Source of the DNA: Planctomycetota bacterium
Lineage (GTDB): Bacteria > Planctomycetota > B15-G4 > JADJEK01
Length of the DNA stretch: 64,000 nucleotides
Direction: 5' to 3'
Assembly: GCA_044225365.1 (NCBI GenBank)
Contig: JBGAIQ010000008.1
Coordinates: 64,001 to 128,000 of the forward strand
The position numbers and the translations under genes were made by a program. The notes beneath the pieces are model-generated. The model saw only the letters and a list, made by a program, of their open reading frames with translations. It was not told the DNA's origin and made no database searches. The first letter of the stretch is position 1. Each line of letters opens with the position of its first letter. Shown here piece by piece: positions 18,684-28,197 of this stretch.

Positions 18684-21005
18684 ATGGCCCTTGGAATGTC
18701 GATCGGCATCCGTGCTCTCCTCTCGGCCAAGACCGTGATGGAGATCATTGGACACAACCTCGCGAACCAGAACACGCCGGGATACTCGCGTCAGGTGGGC
18801 CTCTTGCTCACGACCGATCCCGTGAATGGACCGAAGAACATCCCGCTCGGTACCGGCGTCGTCGTCGACGACATCTATTCCGTGCGCAACGAGTCCCTCC
18901 TCTCGCGCATTCGCTCCGAGAGAGCAACCTCGGGGCGTGCCGAGACCGAATCGGGAATGCTCGAGCAGATGGAGTCGATCCTCGGCGACCTGACCGACAA
19001 CAGCATCGCGACGAAGATGCAGGCCCTCTTCGATTCGGCCGACGCGGCTGCCGCGAAGCCCGAGGACCAGGTGCTTCGTCAGAACCTGCTGTCGTCCGTC
19101 TCCGAACTCTCGCTCAACTTCCGCCTCCGGACCGCCGGAATCCAGGATCAACGAACGACGAGTCTCCTCGCCGCGCAGTCGCTCGTCACCGACGCCAACG
19201 CCAAGCTCCAGCGCGTTGCCGAGCTCAACACCAAGATCTCGAGTCAGGTGGCGATCGGAGTCACTCCGAACGACCTCCTCGATCAGCGCACGGTCCTGCT
19301 CGAAGGCCTCGCCGAATCGCTCGGCGCGAGTTCGCTCCCGCTGAAGGACGGAACGGTCGCGGTCTCCGTCAACGGCGTGACGCTCGTCTCCGGTTCCACG
19401 TCGGCGAACATCAAGAGCTCGATGGACGGTGCCGGCAAGATCCACCTGACGTCGGGCAAGGGCGGACTCGAGATCGACGCCTCGCACGGCAAGATCGGCG
19501 CCCTCGTTCAGATGACCGCGAGCTACATGCCGGATCGCATCGCCGATCTCGACAAGATGGCGCGCTCGCTCATCCTCAACATGAATCGCATCCACTCGCG
19601 CGGCGTCGCGTCGAGCGGTCCGTTCTCGCAGTTGAAATCGAACTACGAGGTGACGCTCGCGAACGGCCAGAATCCGCTGGCCGAGAAGCTCAAGGATCTC
19701 GGCCTTCCCTTCGACATGAAGAAGGGCACGCTCTCGATCGCGGTGACCGACAAGGCGACGGGCAACGTGACCCGCTCCGACGTCGCGGTCGATCCGTCGA
19801 CGATGACGCTCCAGGACTTCATCGACTCGATCGACGCCGTTCCCCACATGAGCGCGTTCGTCGATGGCGCCGGCAAGCTCACCCTGAAAGCGGGCTCCGG
19901 CTACGGCTTCGACTTCTCGCAGCGCCTCGATCCGATTCCGGTCGAAGGCGGCACCTTCGGCGCCAAGAACGCGGTCGTGGTCGGCGACGACTTCCCCGCT
20001 GCCCTCAGCAATGGCTCGACGATGCAGATCGCCGTCGACGGCGGCGCACCGCAAACCGTCACGTTCAACTCGGCGAACTTCGCGAACATCGCAGCGGCGA
20101 CGCCCGAAGAGGTCGCGGCGGAGATCAACTCGCAGGTACCCGGCGCGACGGCGAGCGTCGTCGACGGCAAACTCGTGGTGGCCTCGAACACCGAAGGTGC
20201 GAGTTCCTCGATCCAGATCACCGATGGCACGGGATCACCGGCCTCGGCGATGGGACTCGCGCTCGCGGGCACGGGAACGGATACCGGCGTGGCGGTCGAG
20301 ATCACCGGCTCGAGCGCGACGGCGGGCCCCGACACCTTCACCTTCAAGCCGACCGGCGACGGGCAGATCGGTGTCACTCCGAATCTCGGCCTCGAGGTCT
20401 ACAACTCGAAGGGCACGCTCATCACGACCCTGCCGATCGGCGACGGCTACGAGCCGGGCTCGCCGCTCGAGATCGTCCCGGGTGTGAACGTGAAGCTCGG
20501 CCCGGGCACGATCCAGGGCAGCTCCGGTCAGTTCTTCGAGCTCGAGGTTCCCGGCGACACCGACACCGCCGACGTCCTCCCCGCCTTCGGTCTCAACGCA
20601 CTGCTCGAGGGCAAGGACTCCTCGACGATCGAGCTCGCAACGCAACTGAAGGACAACCCGTCGCTCGTCGCGGGCGCTGCGTTCGGAGGCCCCGGCGACG
20701 GCGGCACGTTCCTCCAACTCGCGGGACTCGCGACGCAACCGCTCGACGAACTCGACGGCGCCTCGGTCCTTCACTCCTACAACTCGTTCGCCGCGGAGGT
20801 CGGGTCCACTTCGGCGGGCGCGAAGGAGTCGGTGAAGTCGAGCGCGCTCGTCCTGCTCACGCTCGAGAGTCAGCGCTCCAACGAGTCGGGAGTCAATCCG
20901 GACGAGGAACTCCTGAATCTGACCCGCTACCAGAATGCCTATCAGAGCGCGGGCAAGTACCTCTCGATCATGACCGAACTGAATCAGGTCCTGCTCCAAC
21001 TCTGA
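18684..21005 (+). CDS. flgK: Flagellar hook-associated protein FlgK (large central insertion)
   Basis: GHNLANQNTPGYSRQ, GTGV, PNDLLDQR, ESGVNPDEELLNLTRYQNAYQSAGK. Confidence 0.93.
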   Translation: MALGMSIGIRALLSAKTVMEIIGHNLANQNTPGYSRQVGLLLTTDPVNGPKNIPLGTGVVVDDIYSVRNESLLSRIRSERATSGRAETESGMLEQMESILGDLTDNSIATKMQALFDSADAAAAKPEDQVLRQNLLSSVSELSLNFRLRTAGIQDQRTTSLLAAQSLVTDANAKLQRVAELNTKISSQVAIGVTPNDLLDQRTVLLEGLAESLGASSLPLKDGTVAVSVNGVTLVSGSTSANIKSSMDGAGKIHLTSGKGGLEIDASHGKIGALVQMTASYMPDRIADLDKMARSLILNMNRIHSRGVASSGPFSQLKSNYEVTLANGQNPLAEKLKDLGLPFDMKKGTLSIAVTDKATGNVTRSDVAVDPSTMTLQDFIDSIDAVPHMSAFVDGAGKLTLKAGSGYGFDFSQRLDPIPVEGGTFGAKNAVVVGDDFPAALSNGSTMQIAVDGGAPQTVTFNSANFANIAAATPEEVAAEINSQVPGATASVVDGKLVVASNTEGASSSIQITDGTGSPASAMGLALAGTGTDTGVAVEITGSSATAGPDTFTFKPTGDGQIGVTPNLGLEVYNSKGTLITTLPIGDGYEPGSPLEIVPGVNVKLGPGTIQGSSGQFFELEVPGDTDTADVLPAFGLNALLEGKDSSTIELATQLKDNPSLVAGAAFGGPGDGGTFLQLAGLATQPLDELDGASVLHSYNSFAAEVGSTSAGAKESVKSSALVLLTLESQRSNESGVNPDEELLNLTRYQNAYQSAGKYLSIMTELNQVLLQL

Positions 21006-21022
21006 CCCCGTAAGGACCGAAC

Positions 21023-22489
21023 ATGCCGTTTCGCATCACGCCGCAGTCGATCTACGCGCGATCGTTGTACGACATGACGAACAGCTTCGGCCGTCTCGCC
21101 GATGCCGAGGTCGCGATCTCCAGCACGAAGCGCATCCGAGTTTTCTCCGACGACGCGTCGGGTGCATCGCGCGCTCTCGATCTTCGAACCGTCATCCAGC
21201 GAACGATCCAATCGCGAAGTTCGATCGACGACGGACAGCGCGCCGCCGATACGCAGGCCGAAGTCCTCAACTCCGCCTCCGACCTGATCGCGCAGGCCCG
21301 AGCTCTCGGCGAGAGTGGTGCGTCCGACGGCAAGACCGACAGCGACCTGAAGTCCCTCGCAACCGAGGTCGACTCGATCCTCGATCAGCTCGTCGCGAGC
21401 GCGAACCAACGGGTCGAAGGCCGGTACCTGTTCGCAGGCAGCAAGACCGAGACCAAGCCTTTCAATGTCACCCGCTCGTTCGGCAAGGTGACCGCGGTCT
21501 CGTACGCGGGCGACGACATCGTCCGCCGCGTCCGACTCGGTCCCGGCGAGGAGAAGGAGATCGAGCTCTCCGGCTCCCAGGCCTTCCTCCACAATTCGCG
21601 CGAGACCACGGTCCTCGTCGGCGGCACCGGACTCGCCGGAACGCCGGTCGCGCAAGACACGATGATCGGGAACGCGACGATCCTGATCGCCCACACCTCG
21701 AGCGTGTTCGGCGACGGTCTGCTCGCCGGCGGTGACAGCGTCTCCGGGCTCAAGCTCGGGACGAGTACGGCCCTCGACACGATCGTCGGCGCGGCGGGCC
21801 AGCACAAGATCACGATCGCTTCCGACGGGAGCGGTGGACGAACGATCCGACTCGACGACGGCGACCCGGTCGCGTTCACCGGCACGGAGACGGATCTCGC
21901 GCTCACGAGCGAAGGCAGCGACACCGTGCATGTCGACCTCACTTCACTGTCGAGCACGTTCACGGGGAGCATCGATCTCACCGGCAACGGAACGATCCAG
22001 GTGAAGGGCGGCCCGAGTCAGGCGCTGACGTTCCAGAGCGATTTCGTGCTGCAGGACAAGAACGGCCGCGTGGTCCATCTCGACACCACGCACTTGGTGC
22101 ACGGCGGCGAGACCTTCGCCGTCTTCCCCGGAACGGAATCGATCTTCGATGCGATGATCGGACTCCGCGACGAACTCGAAGGCGCCACCGGGCTCGATCC
22201 CGATCAGCAGGTCGCGCGCATCCAGGCGCGACTCGCCGCCATCGACGGAGCGCACTCCGGCGTGCTCGCGGGACTCTCGACGCTCGGAGCGCGCAGCGCA
22301 TCGTTCCAGCGCGTCTCGGGATCGCTCGACTTCTTCGAACTGCAGCTCGAGGACAAGCGCGGGGAACTCGAGGACACCGACGTCTTCAAGGCATCGATCC
22401 AGCTCACCGAATCCCAGAGCGCCTACAGCGCCGCGCTCCAAGCGACCGCCAAGATCTCGGGCGGGCCGACGCTCCTGAACTACCTCTGA
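21023..22489 (+). CDS. flgL: Flagellar hook-associated protein FlgL
   Basis: Flagellin-like N-terminus (ISSTKRIRVFSDDASG), GRYLFAGSKT..KPF, C-terminal EDTDVFKA...YSAALQATAKI..PTLLNYL. Confidence 0.93.
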   Translation: MPFRITPQSIYARSLYDMTNSFGRLADAEVAISSTKRIRVFSDDASGASRALDLRTVIQRTIQSRSSIDDGQRAADTQAEVLNSASDLIAQARALGESGASDGKTDSDLKSLATEVDSILDQLVASANQRVEGRYLFAGSKTETKPFNVTRSFGKVTAVSYAGDDIVRRVRLGPGEEKEIELSGSQAFLHNSRETTVLVGGTGLAGTPVAQDTMIGNATILIAHTSSVFGDGLLAGGDSVSGLKLGTSTALDTIVGAAGQHKITIASDGSGGRTIRLDDGDPVAFTGTETDLALTSEGSDTVHVDLTSLSSTFTGSIDLTGNGTIQVKGGPSQALTFQSDFVLQDKNGRVVHLDTTHLVHGGETFAVFPGTESIFDAMIGLRDELEGATGLDPDQQVARIQARLAAIDGAHSGVLAGLSTLGARSASFQRVSGSLDFFELQLEDKRGELEDTDVFKASIQLTESQSAYSAALQATAKISGGPTLLNYL

Positions 22490-22570
22490 TCGCGCTTCGC
22501 GCGGTCCGCTCGATGGCAACGCGGTAAGGAAACGGCCGCGCGAGCCCCGCCACGTCACGACCGATCGAAC

Positions 22571-22586
22571 CGGCATCGAACTTGCC
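22571..22586 (+). promoter_or_regulatory. Putative sigma54 (-24/-12) promoter
   Basis: CGGCATCGAACTTGCC has GGCA and TTGC at consensus spacing; intergenic, ~190 nt before 22776. Confidence 0.4.
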
Positions 22587-22775
22587 TCATCCTCGTTCGA
22601 TGCGTTCGAGCCATCGCGATTCGGCAACCTCGCCCACTCCACCGCACGCCTGCGCGATCCTGCGCAGCGCGCGTCGGAGGATGTCGCGGCGCCGATTCAC
22701 GGCCGAAGCGCTGAATCGCTCCAGTTCGACCTTCCCCAATGCATCGATGTCCGAACGGACATCGAGGAGTCCCTC

Positions 22776-23747
22776 ATGAAGTCGTTCCTGCTCGCCACGC
22801 TCGGACTCGGTCTTTCCCTCGGTGTCGCCTCGGCGCGAGCGGGCGTCGTCTTCAGCTACCCGCCGAGTCCCTCCGGCGGGATCGTCAGCTCGTCCTGGGT
22901 CGACCCGGACGGAAGCGACTCCGACATGTATGCCTACGACGACTTCACGCTCGCCGCGACCGCCGCGATCACCGAGGTACGCTGGCGCGGCGGCTACGGC
23001 CTCAATGCGCCGTTCGGAAACGTGTTCGATTTCACGATCCACTTCTACGAGTCGATCGCCGGCGGTTCCCAACCGCACGTCACGAACCCCGAGTTGCCCG
23101 AGATCTACCTCGCGTACTACCACGTCGGGAACAACGCCGGCGAGACGCCGGCCGGCGTGTTCGGCGGCTCGATGATGTACGACTACCACTACTCGCTCCC
23201 GATGCCCTTCGTCGCGCAGGCGGGCGTGAAGTACTGGATCAAGATCGAGGCCTCGCAACCCGGCTATCCCGACTGGGGCACTTCGGTCGGCACCGGCGGC
23301 AACGGTTACCACTTCCGCTACAGCACCGGCCTCGCGATGTTCCAGAACGTCCCCTCCGACACCTGCTTCACCCTGATCTCGGCATGGCAGGACCTCGGTT
23401 CCGGCAAGCCTGGAGTGAACGGCGTGCCGAAGCTCATCGGCTCGGGCAGCCTCTCGTCGAACTTCACCGGGTCCTTGACGCTCACCAACGCGAAGTCGAA
23501 GGCGCAGGCGATCGGCGTCGTCGGTCTCTCCGCGATCAACGCTCCGTTCCTCGGCGGCCTGATCGTCCCCGCGCCGGACATCCTCTTCACCGTGACGACG
23601 ACGAACAGCGGAACCTTCGCGCTCCCGTACACCATGCCCGCAAACGTGCCGGCCGGCGTCGCCATTTACATGCAGTATTTCATCACGGACCCCGCTGCGA
23701 CGTTCGGCCGCTCGGCGAGCAACGCCGTCGTCGGCACCACGTATTGA
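22776..23747 (+). CDS. Secreted protein with ~120-aa shared C-terminal domain
   Basis: GAGGAG RBS; signal peptide ...ASARA/GVV; N-domain AYDDFTLAATAAITEVRWRGGY...AGVKYWIKI; CTD from WQDLG to SNAVVGTTY. Confidence 0.85.
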   Translation: MKSFLLATLGLGLSLGVASARAGVVFSYPPSPSGGIVSSSWVDPDGSDSDMYAYDDFTLAATAAITEVRWRGGYGLNAPFGNVFDFTIHFYESIAGGSQPHVTNPELPEIYLAYYHVGNNAGETPAGVFGGSMMYDYHYSLPMPFVAQAGVKYWIKIEASQPGYPDWGTSVGTGGNGYHFRYSTGLAMFQNVPSDTCFTLISAWQDLGSGKPGVNGVPKLIGSGSLSSNFTGSLTLTNAKSKAQAIGVVGLSAINAPFLGGLIVPAPDILFTVTTTNSGTFALPYTMPANVPAGVAIYMQYFITDPAATFGRSASNAVVGTTY

Positions 23748-23776
23748 GCCCGCGTCGTCACCCGGACTCGGGATGC

Positions 23777-23819
23777 AACACTCGGGGGGAGCGACGGGAT
23801 GCCGCTCCCCCCGAGTGTT
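23777..23819. terminator. Perfect 17-bp inverted repeat between convergent genes (likely bidirectional terminator)
   Basis: AACACTCGGGGGGAGCG - 9 nt loop - CGCTCCCCCCGAGTGTT. Confidence 0.7.
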
Positions 23820-23865
23820 CGTTATGGCGCCCCCGATCTGAGAAGCCGGGGGTGTGGAGATTCGG

Positions 23866-24873
23866 TCAGGAGTGACCGCCGCAGTAGTAGCACGGAGGCG
23901 GCGTCTGACCCTCGGGGGAGTTCGGGTCGACGTCGTCGGGCTGCGGTTCGTTCTCGGGAACGCCATGGAGTTCGACGAGGTTCGCGGCCGGGAACAGATT
24001 CGAGGAGACCGGGATGAACGCATCGACGAAGATCCCGGGCGTCACGAGCGTGAAGTCGACGGGGTTGTTGTCGTGCGTGAACACGGTCGAGTTCGAGACG
24101 AAGACCGACACGCCGAGCATGTCGAAGCCCGACACGCCGACGCCGCCGACCATGCCGTAGAGGCGGATCGTTCCCTGCGCGTTCTTCTTCTGGATCTTGA
24201 TCGCGTCGAAGCCGCCGGTCGTGTTCGCCGCGCCATCGATGCTCACCCACTGCCCGACGTTGATCGAGGACAGATTCGAGAAGCCGTTGAGCGTGGTCGT
24301 CGGGAGGACGTCGAACGTGACGGCGCCGACCGAGATCGAGTTCGTCGTGACGTTGCTGACGGGAGCGATCACCGCCGCCGTCGCGCCCGCGCCCGAGCTC
24401 AACTTCAGCGGAGCGGAGAGGAACGGGACGACCGTGACCTGCGTCGCACCCGAGAGTCGATAGTGCGTCGCCGTCGTCGCATCGGCGAGCACGGCCTGGA
24501 GCGTGAACGAGGTGCCCACGGGCAGCGAGTCCAGCGAGTGCGGCGGGAGGTAGATCGTCGTGCTACCGCTCGCTCCGACCGAACCCTGGAGCATGAAGTA
24601 AGGCAGATCGAGGCGCACGTGCAGGGTGCCGAGGCCGACGACCTGGATACCCGGGTCGAACACGCCGGCGAGGAGCATGTACGACGCGTTCGGCTTGCCC
24701 GCGATGTCGAGGATGTTCGGGTCGAGTTGACCGAGGCTCGCGGTCAGCGGGAAGGCGCCGACGCTGTTCTGATCGACGACGAGCGACGCCGACGGCGTGT
24801 TGATGGCTTGACCGAAGGCAGCCGACGTGACGAGGAGACTGGCAGCGAGGATTCGCAGAGAGACTTTGCGCAT
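23866..24873 (-). CDS. Secreted protein with DUF5666-like repeats
   Basis: Signal peptide (…TSAAFG); two ~65-aa units (…SINVGQWVSIDG…DAIKI; FDMLGVSVFVSNSTVF…PGIFVD); Pro/acidic tail. Confidence 0.7.
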   Translation of the reverse strand: MRKVSLRILAASLLVTSAAFGQAINTPSASLVVDQNSVGAFPLTASLGQLDPNILDIAGKPNASYMLLAGVFDPGIQVVGLGTLHVRLDLPYFMLQGSVGASGSTTIYLPPHSLDSLPVGTSFTLQAVLADATTATHYRLSGATQVTVVPFLSAPLKLSSGAGATAAVIAPVSNVTTNSISVGAVTFDVLPTTTLNGFSNLSSINVGQWVSIDGAANTTGGFDAIKIQKKNAQGTIRLYGMVGGVGVSGFDMLGVSVFVSNSTVFTHDNNPVDFTLVTPGIFVDAFIPVSSNLFPAANLVELHGVPENEPQPDDVDPNSPEGQTPPPCYYCGGHS

Positions 24874-25139
24874 GTGCGTTTCCGTTTCGGAAGGATGGGA
24901 AGGGAAGAACGAACGAGTGCCCGGAAAAACACACGCTGTGCCAGAGATGATCCGATGTCGACCGGCGACGCAAATCGTGATCGAAGAGTAGTTTCCTGAA
25001 TCGCGTGCGATGCCTCCGCGACGCGGGCTCCGGTTTCGAGCCTCGTGTCATCTCGATTCCAGCGTCCGTGATCGCGAAGTCGGGATCGTTCGTCGCGAAC
25101 GCTGGAAAATCCGCTTCTGCTCAGCGACCATGGCGCCCG

Positions 25140-28010
25140 ATGGAAGGTCCTGTGAACGACTCCGAGAGCGACGCCGTCTTCGAGCTGGTCCAGCGCTGCG
25201 TGGACGCTTTCGAGAGCGGCGGCATGCCTGCCGTCGACGCGCTGCTCGTCCACCATCCCGATTCCGCGACCAAGGCGCGACGCCGCATCGAGACCCTGCT
25301 CGAAGCAGGCCTCATCGATGCACCGGAAGGCGGCGCGGCGGCGATCCCGGAGCGACTCGGCGAGTTCCGTCTCATCGAGAAGCTCGGCGGAGGCGGCATG
25401 GGTGTCGTCTACCTCGCAGAGCAGGAAGGCCTCGCGCGACGCGTGGCTCTGAAGCTGATTCGCCCCGAGCACCTCTACTTCCCGGGCGCGAAGCAGCGCT
25501 TCCGTCGCGAGGTCGAAGCCGTTGCGCGTCTCTCGCATCCCGGCATCGTGCAGGTCTTCACCGTCGGCGAGGTGAAGGGCCTGCCCTATTTCGCGATGGA
25601 GCACGTCGTCGGCGCGAGCCTGGCCGAACTCGTCGCCTTGCTCTCGACTCGCAATCGAGTCCATCTCCGCGGGCGCGATCTCCTCGAGGCGACGGCCGCG
25701 ATCGCGGAGGTCGCACCCGACCTGCGCGGCAACGATGCGATGCAGATCGCGAACTCCAGTTGGACGGATGCTTGCACGTTCGTCCTGCGCAAGGTCGCCG
25801 AAGCGCTTCAGCACGCCCACGACCGTGGCGTCCTGCATCGCGACCTGAAGCCGAGCAACGTCATGCTCACGCCGGATGGACGGGTCCTCCTGCTCGACTT
25901 CGGACTCGCCGCGACCGAGGGCTCGACCCAGATCACCCAGACCGGAACGCAGTTCGGATCGATCGCGTACATGGCGCCCGAGCAACTTCTCGGCAAGCGC
26001 ACGCTCGACACCAGGACCGACGTCTACGGGCTCGGGGTCACCTACTACGAACTGCTCACCTTGCGCGTACCGTTCCTCGCCGACACCGCCGAAGTGACGA
26101 TGCGGCTGATCCTCGACGGCAATCCTCCGGCCATCCGGGCCTACAACGCACTCGTCCCCCGCGATGTCGAAACGGTGTGCTTGAAGGCGATCTCGCGCGA
26201 GCCCGGCGCTCGCTACGCCTCCGCCGCCGAATTCATGGCGGACCTCACGAACATCCTCGAGAAGCGTCCGATCGTGGCGCGCCGCCCGGGGCTCTTCGTC
26301 CGCACCCTGCGCTTCACCCAGCGTCATCCCGCGACGGCCGCCGCGGTCGTGCTCGGGTTCTCGACGTTCTTCGTCGCCCCCGGCGTCATCGCATGGCGCG
26401 AACATTCCGCGCGCGAGCGACTCGACCGCGTGCTCGCCGCCGAGCGCACCGCGCGTGAACGCGCCGAAGCCAACTACGCTCGCGCCCGGCATATCGTCGG
26501 CGTCGTCCAGGAACGCCTCGGCGATCGACGCCTCGACGACGTTCCCGAGATCGATGCGGTCGTACGGACCACCCTCGAGGACGTGCTTCCGATGTTCGAG
26601 GAGTTCCTGCGCGAACGCGGGGACGACGAGACTCTGCGCGCGGACGCCGCCGAGGCCGCCGAGCGCGTCGCCGAGATCGACCTACGTCTCGATCGGTTCG
26701 ATGCCGCGAAACAGGCGATCGATCGCGGACTCCTTCTCGCCGAGGAGACCCTGAGGAAGGCGCCTTCCGACCTCGCGGCACGCCGTCGCCTCGCCGGAAT
26801 GCTCGTCATCGCGAGCAACGTCGCGGACGCTCGCGGCAACAGCGATGAGGTGGAACGCCTCCTCACCCATTCGATCGAGGTGGCCAGTGTGACAAGCGGC
26901 GATCCCGCTCTCGATCTCGTCACGGTCAAGGCGCGCGCGTCGCTCGCCGCGGTGTGGAGCAATCGCGGCGAATACGATCGCGCGAAGAGCAAGGCGGAAG
27001 AGGCGCGCGATGGCTTTCAACGACTCCGCCTCGCGAACGCGAACGATCTCGAGAGCGTCGCCGGTCTCGCGAGCATCGAACAGACCCTGGGATTCATCGA
27101 GTCCTATCGGAAGGCGCACGACGACGCCGAACGCCATTTCGATGTCGCCCTCGAGGTGTTCGCCCAACTGCGCGCGCAGAACCGTTTCACCACCGACGAT
27201 TCCGTGGCGCAGACCATGGTCCGCCAAGGATTGGCCGGCGTGTACTCGCAGACGCAGCGCGCCGAAAAGGCGCTCGCCACGCAGCGCGACGCCGTCGCCG
27301 AATTCAAGGCGCTCGCCGATCGCTTTCCCGAGCGTCGCGACTTGAAACGGCATCTCGCCGTCGCATCGATCACCATCGGAAAGTACGAACTCGATCACGC
27401 CGACTGGGCGAACTCGATCAGCGACTCGACCCGCGCCCGCGATGAACTCGCCGCCCTCCTCGCCGCCGATCCCAAGGTCCCGGACGACTGGGGCAATCTC
27501 GCGACGGCCGAGATGAACGTCGCCGCGGGACACCTCGGGACGAGGAATCTCGCGCCGCATCGCGAAGCGCTTCAGCGCGCGATCGTCGCCGCCGAGAAGG
27601 CCGTCGAACTCGAGCCCACGCAAATCGATTGGAGGGATCGACTGCGCGACATCGTGGCCCGGCTCGGACTCGCCAACATCGCGCTCTACGACGTGGAGAA
27701 CGGCGCGGAATGCGCGGAACGCCTCGCGGACTTCGATCGCAAGGATCCGAGTCTCCTGCGCCGATCGGCGTCCCTCCTCGGTCGCTGCGCCCAGTTCGCG
27801 CTGAAACAACCGAAGGTCGACGCGAAGACCCGCAGCGAGAACTCGCAGGCCTACGTCCATCGCACGCTCGACCGCCTGGAAGAAGCCGTGAAGAACGGCT
27901 TCCACGACGCCGCAGAGCTCGGCAAGGCCGACGAACTGGCCCTCGCGCGGAAGGACCCTCGTTTCGCGGCGCTGTTGGAATCCCTGAAGCCGCCCGCGGA
28001 CGTTCGCTGA
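25140..28010 (+). CDS. Hanks-type Ser/Thr protein kinase with TM segment and TPR-like C-terminus
   Basis: LGGGGMGVVY, VALKLI, HRDLKPSNVML, DFGLA, YMAPEQ, DVYGLG; one TM; helical repeats. Alternative start GTG 25152. Confidence 0.93.
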   Translation: MEGPVNDSESDAVFELVQRCVDAFESGGMPAVDALLVHHPDSATKARRRIETLLEAGLIDAPEGGAAAIPERLGEFRLIEKLGGGGMGVVYLAEQEGLARRVALKLIRPEHLYFPGAKQRFRREVEAVARLSHPGIVQVFTVGEVKGLPYFAMEHVVGASLAELVALLSTRNRVHLRGRDLLEATAAIAEVAPDLRGNDAMQIANSSWTDACTFVLRKVAEALQHAHDRGVLHRDLKPSNVMLTPDGRVLLLDFGLAATEGSTQITQTGTQFGSIAYMAPEQLLGKRTLDTRTDVYGLGVTYYELLTLRVPFLADTAEVTMRLILDGNPPAIRAYNALVPRDVETVCLKAISREPGARYASAAEFMADLTNILEKRPIVARRPGLFVRTLRFTQRHPATAAAVVLGFSTFFVAPGVIAWREHSARERLDRVLAAERTARERAEANYARARHIVGVVQERLGDRRLDDVPEIDAVVRTTLEDVLPMFEEFLRERGDDETLRADAAEAAERVAEIDLRLDRFDAAKQAIDRGLLLAEETLRKAPSDLAARRRLAGMLVIASNVADARGNSDEVERLLTHSIEVASVTSGDPALDLVTVKARASLAAVWSNRGEYDRAKSKAEEARDGFQRLRLANANDLESVAGLASIEQTLGFIESYRKAHDDAERHFDVALEVFAQLRAQNRFTTDDSVAQTMVRQGLAGVYSQTQRAEKALATQRDAVAEFKALADRFPERRDLKRHLAVASITIGKYELDHADWANSISDSTRARDELAALLAADPKVPDDWGNLATAEMNVAAGHLGTRNLAPHREALQRAIVAAEKAVELEPTQIDWRDRLRDIVARLGLANIALYDVENGAECAERLADFDRKDPSLLRRSASLLGRCAQFALKQPKVDAKTRSENSQAYVHRTLDRLEEAVKNGFHDAAELGKADELALARKDPRFAALLESLKPPADVR

Positions 28011-28050
28011 TCCGGTCGCGATTCGCGGGGAAGCGAGGCGCTTTCGCAGG

Positions 28051-28196
28051 GGTCGACGGCGGTCGACCCGGATTCAAGATAGGAGGCCGCGCTGGAGCGC
28101 GGCGGTCCAAGGACACGTCGGAAGGTCGACGGCGGACGACCCGGCTTCAAGATAGGAGGCCGCGCTGGAGCGCGGCGGTCCAAGGATATGTTGGTA
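28051..28196. repeat. Two tandem 73-bp copies carrying a REP-like GC palindrome
   Basis: Copies start at 28051 and 28124 and are near-identical; each contains GCCGCGCT-GG-AGCGCGGC; lies between convergent genes. Confidence 0.85.
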
Positions 28197-28197
28197 C

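Noticed and set aside
25140-28010. Kinase-TPR as a novel system
   Set aside because: Common architecture in Planctomycetota-like genomes; no adjacent partner suggesting a special module.
28051-28196. Possible mini-CRISPR
   Set aside because: Only two copies, near-identical across the whole unit, no spacers, no cas genes.
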